Assembly: GCA_002633005.1 (NCBI GenBank)
Contig: NMRA01000015.1
Coordinates: forward strand, 1,471,439-1,535,438
Length of the DNA: 64,000 nt
Reading direction: 5' to 3'
From: Phoronis australis
Lineage: Eukaryota > Animalia > Phoronida
Shown here: one piece after another, positions 1-14,792 of the stretch
How the letters are laid out: each line of letters starts with the position of its first letter
Numbering within the stretch: the first letter of the stretch is position 1
The notes under the pieces: model-generated
Seen by the model: the letters and a program-made list of their open reading frames with translations, nothing else
What the model was told of the DNA's origin: nothing
Database searches by the model: none
Program-made: the position numbers and the translations under genes

Positions 1-3000
1 TGACTCACAAACACGGGAACGGACTCACAAAACACGATCCACGCACNCCCCCCCCCCCCCGACCGGTCAGCCAAGTGTCCTAACTATGCACCCTACACCA
101 TGTGACAAACATGGTGCAAAAAGGATTGGACACCCATCAACGTAACGGAGCAAGCACGGAGTTGGTAATAATTTCCGCCTTGTCTGCAGGTTTGCGTCCA
201 CATTACGGCTTGCACTGGAAGGTAAGTTAAACTGGAACAAGTTACCGTAAATCAAATTACCTTGGAACAAGTTACCCTACCTCGATAAGGTGGGGTACGT
301 TGTCACAGAAACAGCACAACCAAACCTAGAGACATGAATATCTTGTTCTCATTGCACTTTAAATTCATAGAACAAATCTATACATAAATGGATGCACCAC
401 TCAAGCTTCTCTAATGTAAACAGGCAGAGTAATTCATAAACTGCTTCAACATTCTCTGTTAACATTCAGTCTCTAACTGGAGTGATGTGGAGTAAGCTGC
501 CTCTGATCTCAAAGTGTTTGTAAACAAAAGGCAATTTACAACACAGAGGAAACCTGTATACACTTTATGACATAATTAGAGGGTAGTTAAGACCATGATC
601 AGATAACACACTAAAGAATCCACTGGGTTGTGTTGTCATCCTATTAGTACATGTGGCTAAGAATGAATTACCCTTAACCACATTAGGTCCAGTTAATACA
701 ATAGCTGAACATGATTCATGCTATCTTGGGTTCCTGCTACAGAGGCATCAATGTAAACTGCAAAGTTAGTTGAAAATTTTTAGACTAGCTTCAGTAGTCA
801 GTGGACATAGAAGTAATCACAAGATGGCACTCCGAAAACCTTATGCAGGCCCAATCTTTAGAATTTGGTAATAAGACACTTACAGGGTTGCTGTATTTTG
901 AGAACCAGTTTTCTCAAAGTAACAAACTGGTTCTCAGAATCCGGGCCAATGTAAGTGACGTTTGCTGGAGAAATAATTGAAATTTTTTATCCAAACGTTC
1001 ACCCATTTTTAGAGAAAACATTGATCCAGCAGTACTTTTACTTTTTACCAACACAGAAACTGCTGATATTATGGCTCACCCACGGTCACCAAGCAACAAA
1101 TCAGCTGAGACCAGCATTTCACAGTGTTGTAAACAAACTGATTGGAGGTGATGTATAGAGTATCCCAGACTAGCTCATGTGCCTAAATATTATGGTAAGT
1201 AACATAACCATGAGACAAATGACACAGTTAAATGTAAACACACAACACAGGACAGACCACACATTGCACTGACCAGGGGAGTCTGTAAAGTAATTCATGG
1301 TCTGTTGAAGACATAGATCATTAAAAACAAAGCAATGGTCTGCCACTAAACATTCAACCTAAACTACTTGGAGGTATATTAGACTTTAAATCAAAGTATT
1401 GTTTGTTGAATGTATATCTCCTTCCAACACGAGATGCAAAACTGAGGTCATAAATTTTTCTGTTAGAACTGGAATTAGGGACTCTCCATTGACTCCATCA
1501 AATGAAAGACTGATAGTATATAAAGTATGTAATCAAAATTTAATTGAATACTAAATGCATTTTATTTTGTATGCACCACTGACCATCAAAGCGAGTTCCC
1601 AAGCAACTTCTCTCTTTTACACCTGTTTATAAATTTTCCAGAAATTTTTAAGGTGTTGTTAGTTAAGGCACTAGATTGCTGTAAAAATAGCCTGTTGTAC
1701 ACAACTGCTAAGAATTGTTTCAAGTGACTTATAAGCTCAAGAGACTGGGTATGTATTGTTTGTATTCATATTCACATGTGGGGATTGTGGTAAAAATCTT
1801 CACTTTGTGACGCAATATGACGGACAAGTGAAATTTGTCAACAAAAACAATTTTTCATGAAAATTTACTTTGCTTTTAGCATGGTTTGTATGACCTAGAT
1901 ATTAATGACCTAGATATTAAACAAACATTAAGCAAAATATTGAGCATTTGCAGCAACGTGCTAAGCCTCTAAAAAATAGAAATCTGGCAATTACAGCAAA
2001 TATTTTTGTCCCAAAGCGAAGAATTTTTATCAGACTTTAGAAAAATGTGGCTATGGCTCAATTAACTCACTGGGCCTCAAATTTATGGGTCAATTTAGAA
2101 GACCTCACAGACATGAAGTTTTGATTAGCTGCCCTGCATGTCCTCGTGTAAGAATATGGATGCAAACAGTATTTTTTTGTGCCTGTTGGTACAAGTTAAG
2201 CAATCACAGTGAGAAAATTTTTATGAATGACACAGTACGTGTTCCTAAATTCTCCCAGCGTTTATAGGGAACGTCCATTCATAATGCACTCTGTAAGATT
2301 CTGCACCAGAAGCACCAGCATCTTGTAGCAGTTATTACTACAAACCTATCAATCCTTTCCTAGGGAATCTTAGACAGCTGAAATGTCAAACCATCAAGCC
2401 CCAGACACTACAGGAGGAAATGCCATGCTGTTAAAAATGAATAAATCTTTTAAAACTAAAAAGAAAAGTCTCTGTAGCACACCCTTGAGAAAGAGCGCAT
2501 CGCTCGACATTTTAGTTTTACAAGTTTTACTATTTTATATTTTTACTCGTTGGTAACTGCACGGCATTGCAACATCTATTTGATTTCAATAAATCTTTTG
2601 CATTTGTATAAATTTGTGTAGCAGAAAAACTGAACTCTCTGTAGAGCTAAATCACCCTTTTGTAGGAAATTATGTCTGCATTCAGAAAAGGCACCCTTTC
2701 GATGGAAAACTGGTAGACAGTAGTCACATCATCAAATATACACCATCCCAGTGTTTCAGTAAAAACCTGCATGCTTTACATTAAGGATTAAAATACCAGC
2801 CTCTTCACTATCACAAGACCATTTGGTGCACATATATCACCTAAAATCAAAGGTTGCATGACTGAGAGTAGCACATGCTGTTAAATGAGGATGTATTTAC
2901 CAAACCACAGTACCTAATGCTTTCCATTTGTACTTGGGGCTAATTTGAAGGTTTAACCAGCACTATTGAACATCAGTGAATACAGCCATTAAGGAATAGC

Positions 3001-6000
3001 TGCACATTTAGCAGTCTCCAATAGCTGCAATCTACGCTAATTAGAATCCAGTTTTCCACAGAAGATAAGCCAAGAAAAGTACGCCTTGAGATGCATCGTC
3101 ATATCATTTATTTGTAAATAGTTCACTGTGTATAGCAATATCTTATCAAATTTGGACAATAATAATTGTTAAAATTGGCGGTATCTCTTAGGGTTTTAAC
3201 ATAATTGTAAATACCTACAATTTCTCCCCATTGTCATCGGACAAAAGCTATGACATAAATATATAACAAGATATAGCAATTATTGTTGCTTTTGTAAAAA
3301 ACAAGAAATATGAAATTTCACTTGACGGCCATATTATATCCTAAATTGGTGATGAAAACCATTCATTGATTTTTTATTTTTAAGAACACATTATCATCCT
3401 TCACTTGATTTAGTCTAGGAGCAAAAATAACATAAATCCAAGTTTCAAAAAATAAGCAAATAAACTCAACATTATCATTACAAGTTCATTAGACATGTGT
3501 GAGACACACAGAGTTCTTGTAGTCCATAACCAGTGAAGCTCAATTTTGTCCGTTACGCTTCACAAAGTAATAATTCATAACAGCGGAAAACTAAAATATC
3601 GACATAGGACATGAACATCCAATGAAACTAATCAGTTACAAGGGTTATTTTTAATGCTACAATGATGTTAAGGGTCAGTTGAACCCCTGGACCTCTACCC
3701 TGTCCACTTGACCACTACTTACACTGTTCCACCAGCACAAGACTTCATCCATGTTTTGTCATGGACACAGCTGTAAACAAACACTAGTCTTCCAGTTTAG
3801 ATTCAATTAAAAGTTCCCAGTGCTGCCATGTGTACTACAAAGCGCCTAATGCATTAACAGTTCAGTGGAAACAAAATGTGATAACACAGAAATCCTCTTT
3901 AGCCCACACTCTTGGTAACGTCCCTGATCAATAGCCGCAACTCGACAGCTCAGCATGGGAATGGTCAACAATTTTATTTTTTATGAGTAACCAACAGCTT
4001 CTTTTCACAAATATTCACTAAGGTTATCACAGCGCAAGGTGTTGTCAATCATTTTAAACCAATTTTAACTCGCATTAATGATAGGTTAGTAACCTAGCTC
4101 ATAGCTCATAATCTGATATTAGGACCCAAGGGGTACTACTAAAATACAGGAGTCATTCACTTTAATACCCATGTGTTCAATCCACCCACCAATTTTCCAA
4201 TTTTCACTTTTATGATTGAGTTAAACACTCACACTTAATTTATACAGGCTGGATTTTTATTACATATTTGCAATGCTCATATCAACTCCTTGAGTGCAAG
4301 AATGGGCAATCTGCCAACAATTCATAAGAAACATTCAGTCAACTTTTTCTTCATCTCTCACTCAAGAAGTGCCTAAATGCAGTTGTTAACCACAATCAGC
4401 AGTTAAACACAAACCCCCAACTTTTAAAAGATTTTTGCTATTAAACACTTATATTCGGGTTTACGTCCACCCCAATTTTTGAGTTTTTCAATTTCAATGT
4501 CCCCAGCGTTAGCTCGCACAGATACTGTATTTGCCTTCAACCAACATTTATAACTATGAAAGCATGTGAAAGCACGACAGTACTAAACACAAATATTGTA
4601 AAAAGAAAAGTGCACCGAATTAAAATGTATCCCTGCAGAATTATTTTTAGATTTTCTCATCCTAACAAAATATTCCACCAGTTGTTAACAGGCTATGTAG
4701 AGCCCTTTAATTAGATGACTCTTATCTTGGGACAGGAAACATTAACTATCAAGTCCGTCTAATGAGCTAATTAACTAATGAGCGTGTCTATTCAACAGAA
4801 ATCTGGTAAACAACCAGCCCAACTTAAGCTATGCAATAATAGTGCTCACAATTCTTCTTTTAACAATTTGACTAAATTTGCCCAACTTGTTATATCACAT
4901 TTTGTTCTAATGATTGTTTTACTTTCACATAAATCTTCACAAAATGCACATCCACAGAAACAATAATTGAACTTTCTATGCTCACAGAACTGAACTGAAG
5001 AATTTAACCATGTGTCAAGACTCAACAACACTTAAGTTGCATTCAGAGTTATTTTGCATAAGAGTAATTCAGGCTAAGTTATCAATATTTTCTATTTGTT
5101 GACAACAGAACTAGAAAATCTCAAACCTATGTGTGGTTCAACAATACCAATATAACAAAAACCATGCAAATAATGAAACTGAATGCTCTATTTCGTTGAG
5201 TAATAAGGACACATTTTTCAACAGTGCAAACTAAATAGAGTTGCCATACTAAATAGAGTACCGTTATCTTTCGTGGGTGTGAATGCCCACGTTCAGCTTA
5301 ATGCCCGTTCTCAAAATTTCCAAACTTTCCCTTTTCAACAAGCTCCATGCTTGAGTTACCACCCACCCCTAATACATGCGATGAAGACTACCTTGAAGGG
5401 CCCATGTCTTTGTGAATGCCCAACTCACGCAATTTTTAACTCTTGCTTAAACCTTGCTTACCATTGAGTGACGGAACATTCACAGTTTCAGCAGCCCTCT
5501 TCATATTCGGATAAAAACATATCTTTGCTTTCTTACTGTTCATTTGAGAATGCAAGTCCAACACATTTGTACCTGGATTGGCCTTCAGGTAAACATCAAA
5601 CCTTCTCCCAAGTTCTCAAAAAGTTCATTTCAGTTAAACACCCATGCTCAGCTTAACACCCAGCCCTTTAGCTTTCCATGAGTGCCCTTGGTACCTGCAA
5701 AACCCATTTGACTGTAACTATTTTGGATTCGTATAAAATGAAACAGTGGGTTATGTTTATCTTACTTTTCATTCAGTTTCCTGACTGATCACAACCCCAT
5801 AAGGAGCTGGCCTTTACTGAAAGAACTTGGCAAACGTGCATTAGGTGTGCACACATTCAGAGCAATTTGTATTAAATCTCAAAATTATCTAGCTATCTTT
5901 CAATTTTTGAAAAAGATCAAGAACTAAGCCACTTACAGAAAATCACTAGCGGCAATATATTGACAAGAAGAGTAATGGTGCCCAGGATACCACTCAGCCA

Positions 6001-8535
6001 AATATCGTCCCCAGGCAGTATCTCAGAAAAAAATGCCCACTCAAGCAAAATACCCATGCGACGCAAAAAAACACCTAACCAAGCTGGTCACAAGTCCATG
6101 CCAATCAGTCCTACGGGATTTTCCGGGCCCCCACATTTTTGGCCAAGCTAACATAAAGGGTACCTTTAAGCCCTTTGTGGGCTTTAAGAACATTTGAGTG
6201 TTTGTAAGGCTGCCATATGGCATGAGGAACTCCAAATGACAGCATCATTGATACATACTAACTTCTCCTACTGCTAAATCTTACTAAAAATAACCACTAT
6301 GTACCATGAATCAATGTCGCTTTAGCCACAATAATGTTAAATGCCACCTAAATTTAATGCAATGTTATCTAAACCAAGCAGTGCCACAGCTAAGACAAAT
6401 GGACGAGAATCGACAATAAGCCCTGGGGGACACTTTTACAAATATCAAACTTATGCATTTACCATGTTTGAAAGGAAACCACACAAGCATCATTTGCCAA
6501 TCAATAGAATTCTACATGTCACTATATCCCGATTTCTTGTGATCAGTAATGGCATAATATGTTCATATCATAGGAACAACTGCTTCACATAAGTGTATGA
6601 ATCATAATAGATACAGCATTTCTTCACTGATTAAAATAATATGAAGCACTGCAGTACTGTTAACTGTTATTGTTCACTTCTTTCACACAAAGAGAATAAC
6701 CAAAATGTAATTTTCTATGGTAATTCACATATGTTGCACAAAAATGTCATTGTCAAAATTGTCACATTTCCCATTTTTCAAAGACTGGTTACCATGCTAC
6801 TTACAATGAAAACTTTACTACATGTTGCTCCATGACAACTACACACTGCAAGCCATGCTAGTAATAGCAGATAAAATGTTCTTAACCTCTGTTTTTTGAA
6901 GAAATTTGACAAGACAAAATTTCACTTGTCAGCCATATTGCTTGTTAAATAACGAGGAGAGTTATCATGGAAACCAAGCTCACGATAGGGTAATGGCATT
7001 TTATAAAATTTTATGAATTTTTTTGAGAAAATTCCTATAAAATAAAATTTCAAAAGTCTTCCGTATTGCGAGCTGAACAGGTCGGGAATTACAGTAAATC
7101 AAGCACAATCTACAACAGAAAAATACTACCAGACAACAAGGTTGATTTAAAAAAATGACAGTCTTCAGCAATACAACAGTTATGAATGAATTACACAATA
7201 TTCCCTGCCGTAAAATTTCCTCAAATTCAAACAAAAAATTTTCATTTTTCAAAATACTCTCCGTATTGCTAAATACGTTCAAACCACATGCGTTCGTTTT
7301 TGACAGCCACAATATATAAAGTTTTCACATAATGAAGTAAACTCTTTTTGAAAATTTTAATGAAATAAAATTTTCTTGTTCCACCATATTGTGGTCTAAT
7401 TTTAAGAAACTTTACAATAACCTAAAAAAATTCCGCGCGGATGCAAGAACACCTCCCTTCATAAAATAAGCACTAAGAGAGTGGTAAAGCACTTCCACAA
7501 GCTGTTAAAATTCACAACTTTACCATGAGATTATGCAAGTTGACTCTAACTAGGCTCTCCATCACTAGACGTCCATCCAGGTGCAGTGTTGTATGCCGTC
7601 AGTGAGTAGTACAGGCATCCCACTAATCCTTACTACCTGGACATAAGCACACAGCGCTCATACACATCTGGTTTACACATTACTGATTTCATCAGTTCAC
7701 TTCAAACCAACACATTTCACCTCATTTTGTCTACCATCGTAATGCCTACCTCGGCTGTAGAAGTCCAAGTTCAACAAGTTACGGTTGCAAGATTTTTTTT
7801 CTGATTTTCATAAAGAGGTGTTGATTATACTGAATAATAAAGAACAGAGATCTTTTGGGAGAAGTTAGACTGGTTTTGTACATCTAATAATTCTTGATCT
7901 TCTTAATCAGTACGAAATTGAAGGCCTAGACTGGTATCAAATATCTGTATTAAGAATGGTGGTCTTGTACTCTAAGTTCATCACAAGTTCTGTTTACACT
8001 ACAAAAGTTAACACTGATTAGGTGACACAGAAGGAGATGATTGGGCGCAGGTATGTGTGCAAAGAGAGCTGACGCCCAATCACCTTGCTCCAAGTCAACT
8101 ACATGGGATTAGGCTGAAGGGATCATCTCTATTGCGCTTGCACAAAAATGCACATATACATACAGGGGTAATCATTTTCGAGCTTTTTGTACAATTTGCC
8201 AGTCAACCGGTCAGCCGTACAGTGCCTTGTACTTTAACCCTGACCAATATTTATTTTGTCAAGAATTTGTCAGAATATTACACATTGTTAAAAGTCAAGA
8301 CTGGGTTCAATTCATATTTGGTTAGGCACAATTAGCCTACTAATGAAAAAGTTAATCAGTTACCAAATAATTCATTGTCACAAATTATGTATACTTGGGA
8401 GAATTAGAAGCACCATTGCAACAACAAGAACAAGAGCAATGAATTGTGACTACCACAATTTGCATTCATTCTTTATGCATGAGCACTACACATTCCTCTG
8501 GCCTACAACTTCTGTCTTGCCACCCATTTCTGAGT

Positions 8536-8577
8536 TGTGTGTGTGTGTGTGTGCGTGCGTGCATGCGTGCGTGTGTG
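8536..8577. repeat. (TG)n/(CGTG)n microsatellite
   Basis: Seen directly; a (CA)n/(CACG)n counterpart lies at 13573-13622. Confidence 0.9.
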
Positions 8578-11500
8578 ACACGGATTATTTTGCGCTGTCA
8601 GTTAATGTCTAAATACCTTTTTTTCTCCCTTCAAACATTAGGTTGTTGCAAGTACATTTACACTTCGTAGTGTTCATCATTGATACAAAAAACTGATGTA
8701 CAACAATATGAAATGAACACAACTTACACTAGAGCTGACTCTAGAAAATATTTATTTTTATAATGTGTAATAAAACAATTTCTTGCAGTGGGGTGCCTAG
8801 TGTCTCAGGTGCACAAAAGCACTACCTGATACAGCAATCACTTTTCATTTCTTGTTCAGCACCTCAGTGTACTTGTGATGCAAATGTGGCATTCCACCAC
8901 CAGGTGGCACACTAAGTAAAGGTACATTCAGATTAGACTGTTATCTGTACTTTCAGCGGCAGTGTTGTTAAATAAATTACCAAATGTTCATCATGTGAAG
9001 TGAAGTGTAATTTTGATGGAGTATTTCTCTTGACAACAAATGTACTTTAAATGCACTTAAAAGTGTTTCAATCAAGTTTATGGTATACTTGAAAAGTACA
9101 AAAAATGCAACTTTGTAAGGTAAATTGTGTTTAAATTTTGGTTTAAAAGTATTGCTCAAAGTTATCGCTTTTCAATTTTTCAAGGCTAAATGTACAGTGC
9201 TGTAAATGTTCATCAAATGTTGTTTGAATGCAACTATACAGTAGTTTTAACAACTTAGAGAAACTTTTAAGATTATGTACTAGGACCCTAGAAAATTTCC
9301 AAATTTGACAAACTTTAGAACATCGAAAACACTTTTCTCAAATTCCAGAATTTAATTCTATAGTTTTGTAGATATTTGGTTGAACGCAGACTTATCAACA
9401 AAGTCTTGAGGGCATTTCACTTTGAACAAAATGACAATGTTATTATAGGCTCACTGACCTTTCAAAAATATATATATTAGTTAAAAAGCCCAATATTGCA
9501 TGTGCAAATCAGATAAAACAAAATGAGATGTGCATTTATTTTATGAAAAACTGGACCAATTTTGAACATGGAAAAGATTACAGATCTTTTACCAAAACGC
9601 GTGGACACAACTCCACACTACTCATTTTACTTCTTGTTTTGGAAATTTTCAATTTCCCTCGCAAAATCAAATTTCTTTCCTCACCTTTGCGATTATCCAG
9701 TTACCAGAACACGTTCCATTGTCGAAGTAATGAACAGGCATCAAAACTTCATCTTGTCTAGGCAACTGTTCTGTATTTTGAGTGAAAGGGAAGTTGACTG
9801 TTAGTAAATTTTCCATTCTGGTTACTTATGGCCAATGAAGTAATGTTATACTTGTGCACAGTTTGAATGTATTGGTTTAGAGTTAGACCTGTAAACAAGG
9901 GTAACTAGACACAGTGCTCTTGTACTTAATCAAAATTTTAACATTTTAGCACTGAACAACATATAGCAGTAGCTCCACCTAGTGTTAAAACAGTGAACCA
10001 ACCAGCAAAGCTGCATTGCTTTCAAAGCATAAAGGTTGGTTATGTTACCAACTCCAGTAGCAGGAAGTACAAAGCTGATGGTTACTCCAGATACTCGTGA
10101 ATGAGAAATTGGCAAACACATTCTGATTTGAGATTACACCGGCCTGAGGGTAAGTAGAAGTGAACAGTCTCCCCATGAAAGATACAAAATGTACTTTTGT
10201 TTGGTAATTGTAAGTTTGAATAGTTATCAATATCAGAATATCTTCAAAAATTTTACATCCGGCTCAAAATAGCTTAAATTTAACACAGTTCTCTCCACAG
10301 ACCACTCCACCACAGCATCCAGTCAGCTTTAGTGGTATCCACCAATACAGTGCTGCCACCTTTTGTCCACATGGTGTACCACCAATATTCTATCAGAAAT
10401 TTAAATCAGCATGCAGAACAGGATGTCTGAACATTAGCATCATGGCGTCAGGTGCAACTTGTACAAATACAATTCAAGCCACAACTGCGACAACAAATGA
10501 TTTTTTTTAGTCTTAGCTAAAGTTGTTAGTTTCACTAAGGTTGTAAGTTTCGCTAAAGGCGGAGTAACAACACTTTTATATGAAAGACTTTGTATTATTT
10601 TTAAATTTCTTGATAGTAAACTGTTCATCATGCTGCCCTACACAGTGTTACCATCACTTTCATGAGACATTAGCTGCACTTGATTTACTTGGTTCTAATA
10701 GGTCAACCGGCTAATGTCTGAATGACTACTTCTGGCTTACAAACCAATCAGACATCTTAGCAGGTTGACCCCATAGAACCCTCAAAGCCAATTAAGTGCA
10801 GCAATTGAAGTGCAATAATTAAAAGCCTAACCTTACACTTTCCAAGTACATTGCCATTTATCACCATGTGAGATAGGGAAGTGCATGAATCAGCTGTAAG
10901 CATGTACATAGATGTGAATTAAGGAAAGACCAACAAAAACATAGTTTATCAATATTTGCAATAAAGTCAATGAGTAAAACAATTAGTTCTAGGGCACTTT
11001 CAACAAACAGTAGTTGTGAAGAACTGAATGACTACTTGAGCATTCAAGTCAAGACTGATCCCCGACAGAGCTTGGTTGACCGAGGAATTGACTTCATACT
11101 GCAAATGCAACGCATAAAATATAAAACTGTCTTCTGGGAAAATTACTAATAGCGATGCAAAGAAAATACAAATTAAGTCACCGAGAACAACTGGTTGCAA
11201 TCACACCATTTTTGGCATCAGTTAACCATTTTGTTCTCACAGAAAAATCTCTTCAATTCAGGACACGATATGGCAGCCAAATGGAATTTAATTTTCTCGT
11301 TTTTTCCATATAACATAGGCAGCGCCAAATTAAAACTTTTCTGTATTCAAGTTCTGTTACCATAGCTACTACCTTATCAATGTTTTGAAAAGGTGCCACT
11401 ATTCACAATGTTAGAAAACCTTAAAAAGTGAAAACGGCAACTTTGCCAATTATTTTTGTCCAAAACAGGTAAGACTTTAACATACATTGGTACATTGACC

Positions 11501-12751
11501 ACAATTAAAATGGTTGACATTCAGTTATTATTTTCAGTCCTAAACAATAAACAGTAGCAAGATACTGTACAACAAGGTATAAGGTTATGGCCAAATATAT
11601 TCAAGTATGGAGTATATAAGCATTCTGGCATAATAAATTCGAATATGAAATTCACAACACACAGTCTCATAACATTCCTTAGTGTGATAAGATTCTCTTT
11701 CCCTTTCCAAAAAGAACATAGAAACCACCAGTGACTGAAGAATACGCATCAGATTTTATTGGGGTTGGCCAACCTTAAAATTGTGAATTTGAAAATGGCA
11801 CATGAACTCATTGCCTGTGACTTGAGTTACCGCCTCATTTGACAACAATTCAAGATTGGATGAGTGTGGTAATGTTTATAAACTTCATAGCACTTTGGTT
11901 AGGAAGTCAAAATTGTCAGCTTAACAGCAGCCAACTGCAGCTTTGATATATGTATGGAATGGATTTAGACAATAAATATTTTATCAACTTTGACAGGTTT
12001 TTAATCATTTTGGTCATGTCCAAACTGGAGAAAATACAAGAAAAATCATGACTGGCCTCACATCTGAAGAAAAAGTATGGCTTTATGTTCAGATAGTCCG
12101 TGTTCCAGGTTGTTGCATTTTTAAATGTTCCCAAAAATATATTATTTTGCCTACAAGGCCATGGCTTTACATTCTGGGTTTTACAGTAGCTGGTGAACTA
12201 TAAACATTTCAACCATCTAAACCTTTGATGGTATTGAGAATAGTGCAAAGTTCACCATGTTTGTTATGGCAAGCAAATGCTGCTTATGTCTCCATTGCAG
12301 CCTGCAAACAGATCTAGCACTTAAAGACTATATTAGTGAGGTTTGTATTTCCCATGCTAAGCAGTTCACCACATGCTTCAATATCCCCATGGTTCAGAAC
12401 AAGTAGGCACAAGCAAAGCAGCGTACACGTTTTGTTAAGTTTTCAATGTCAAATGTTCTAAATCTGTGAACACAATACTTTACAAACGGGACAAAATATT
12501 TGACCATAACCATGCAGCGATTTAGACTATAGTGTAAGCTTCGGACAATTGTAAGGCTGATATATATGAACATGTAGATTTCAAGCATAAGTCGAAACAC
12601 AATTTATTACAAGAAAAAACAAATCTGAACCAATTTGGCTAAAAAGCAGAAATTTCAGATCACCAATTTTTGATATTAACAGCCAATCAATGCCTGTTGT
12701 ACAGAGATCTAACCTACCCAATTTATCAGAACTATAGCTCTACACAATTTC

Positions 12752-12898
12752 AAGGGCGATGCACTATATGGGGCTGGGGGGGCTACAGCCCCACTTTTTT
12801 TCAGTGCTGTGCTGCCCGTGGTCTAAAGGCGGCGTACCACAGGGGGGGTGGGGGGGGGGCTTTAGCCCCCCACTTTTTTCAGTGCTGCACCGCCCATG
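12752..12898. repeat. Inverted copy of the GC-rich repeat family at 58210-58447
   Basis: GGGGGCTACAGCCCCACTTTTTTTCAGTGCTGTGCTGCCCGTG and GGGGCTTTAGCCCCCACTTTTTTCAGTGCTGCACCGCCCATG. Confidence 0.7.
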
Positions 12899-12952
12899 AA
12901 TTTTTCTTTTTTTTCAACTTGCCATAAAACTGCTTCTCACTGTTGTATGGTA

Positions 12953-13078
12953 GGATGTTCAAATGACTCAATAAAAGAAACATCGCAAAAACACTTTGAT
13001 TAAATGAAATTATATTTTGCCTTCTTAATCAAACAAAATCTGAGATTAAATCAAATGATACGGTGAACTTGCATCAAC
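12953..13078. repeat. Dispersed AT-rich repeat fragment, second copy at ~14436-14547
   Basis: Shared TTAAATGAAATTATATTTTGCCTTCT...TCAAACAAAAT..GAGATTAAATCAAATGA..GGTGAACTTGC. Confidence 0.8.
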
Positions 13079-14689
13079 ATCTAAAAAACGACAAAATTTG
13101 CCTTTTTTTCTTTTCAAAGGCTTCTAATACAGCTACAATACTGCCACCTGGTGTACATAAGGAAAGAGGACCAGAAATACCACCAAATGAAATCCCAATA
13201 GTAGAATATGGGCCATACTCACCACTTCAGCACTATTGTCAAACATTTGCTACAGAATGCTTGCGCTCAGTATAAGTCATTTATAATGAAACAAAATGTT
13301 CAATTATTGCTAAGAACTTAACAGTAAGAGATAAAAACAAAAGTTTTAATAAATTCCAATACGTGTCAACCAGCAGCTTGGTATCAAGTAATTTTAATTT
13401 TATAAAATCGAATTAGCCTTTGATGGATAACAATTGTGAAAGAATATAATTTCCTGAATTGCATGAAAGTCCATTCAGATAGATTGAAAACCATCATTAA
13501 TAACCACAGTTTGTCCACCCAGTGCGCCGCGGCGCCATCAATTGCCGACACTGACAACACCAGACAGACAATCACACACACACACACACGCGCACACGCA
13601 CACACACACACGCACGCATGCACCTACACACTCACCGAGAGCTGTAAAATGGGTTTCAATCTCACAATAAAATAAATAACACAATTTCTCCGCTCATAGT
13701 TAATTCACTCTGTCTTAGAATATATATCAGAGAACCAGAAATATTTAAGTACATGTTCCATTTCAAAACATTATTCATTGATATCATTTTTAATTTTAAC
13801 TATAAGGAAATTTCATCTGCACTAAGCTGACATTCTCTCCATAAGACCAATGGTTAAATGTCGACACCTCATAAATCACTCAATCCCTTTCACTCCAGTT
13901 GATGAGACCAACTCTGCTAGAATGTAAGTTATGAACCTACCTTGCAACTTTCGGCATCACGTGCAACCACTTTGCTAGAAGCTTTACTGTGCAGTTTTGC
14001 AAATTTCAACATTTCAAATCTAGATTGAGAGGACGGAGTGTCCAGCCAGGTTTGTGGAAGCAAAATGACTCACATCAGTCTTCTTACTTAGATGCTAGCA
14101 ATGTCTTTCATGTATTTAATGAGTTGTGAAGGAGATTTATATTAGAATTCACCTTGGCATGCTCTTAAAAACGTAATAGCCCTTGGCAATTGACTTCATA
14201 TAGGGAATACTACAGCATAATGAGATGGGACCACAAAAAGGTCAAACTCATTAAAAGTGTTCAAGTCTAATCTAGATAGTAAGGCTTTGGGCAGAACACT
14301 AATCAGTGTCAAGGAAAGATGACTTTTCCATTTAACATCATATTTTAAACCCATTTACATTGAGCTTCAAAATCGATTTACTTGGAATCACTTCAAATCA
14401 TGCTGTTGAATTGCTTCTTCACAGTTGTGTCGTGGGATGTTCAAATGAAAAACACCACAGACACCTTGGTTAAATGAAATTATATTTTGCCTTCTCTGTC
14501 AAACAAAATACGAGATTAAATCAAATGAAAAGGTGAACTTGCCTCAATTACAGATGAGTCATTTTTCTACTTTACAAGACTCTTTACTGCAACTACACGT
14601 GTTCAAAATATTACCATCTGATGTTTAATGAACTTAAGAAATCAGTTACATTTAAGTCTGGTCTGCACGCCACCTGTTGTCCACATCAC

Positions 14690-14792
14690 ATCACCTAATG
14701 AACTTAGCCTGAAAAGACTTCTGCTCCTACCGGGGCTCCTACCGGGACTCGAACCGTACAGAAACTCTAGTTCACTGAGCAATCGGGACCAC
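14690..14792 (-). mobile_element. Degenerate tRNA-derived SINE head
   Basis: On -: GGTCCCGATTGCTCAGTGAACTAGAG (A-box-like) then GGTTCGAGTCCCGG (B box), anticodon arm missing, with a short CCCGGTAGGAGC duplication. Confidence 0.5.
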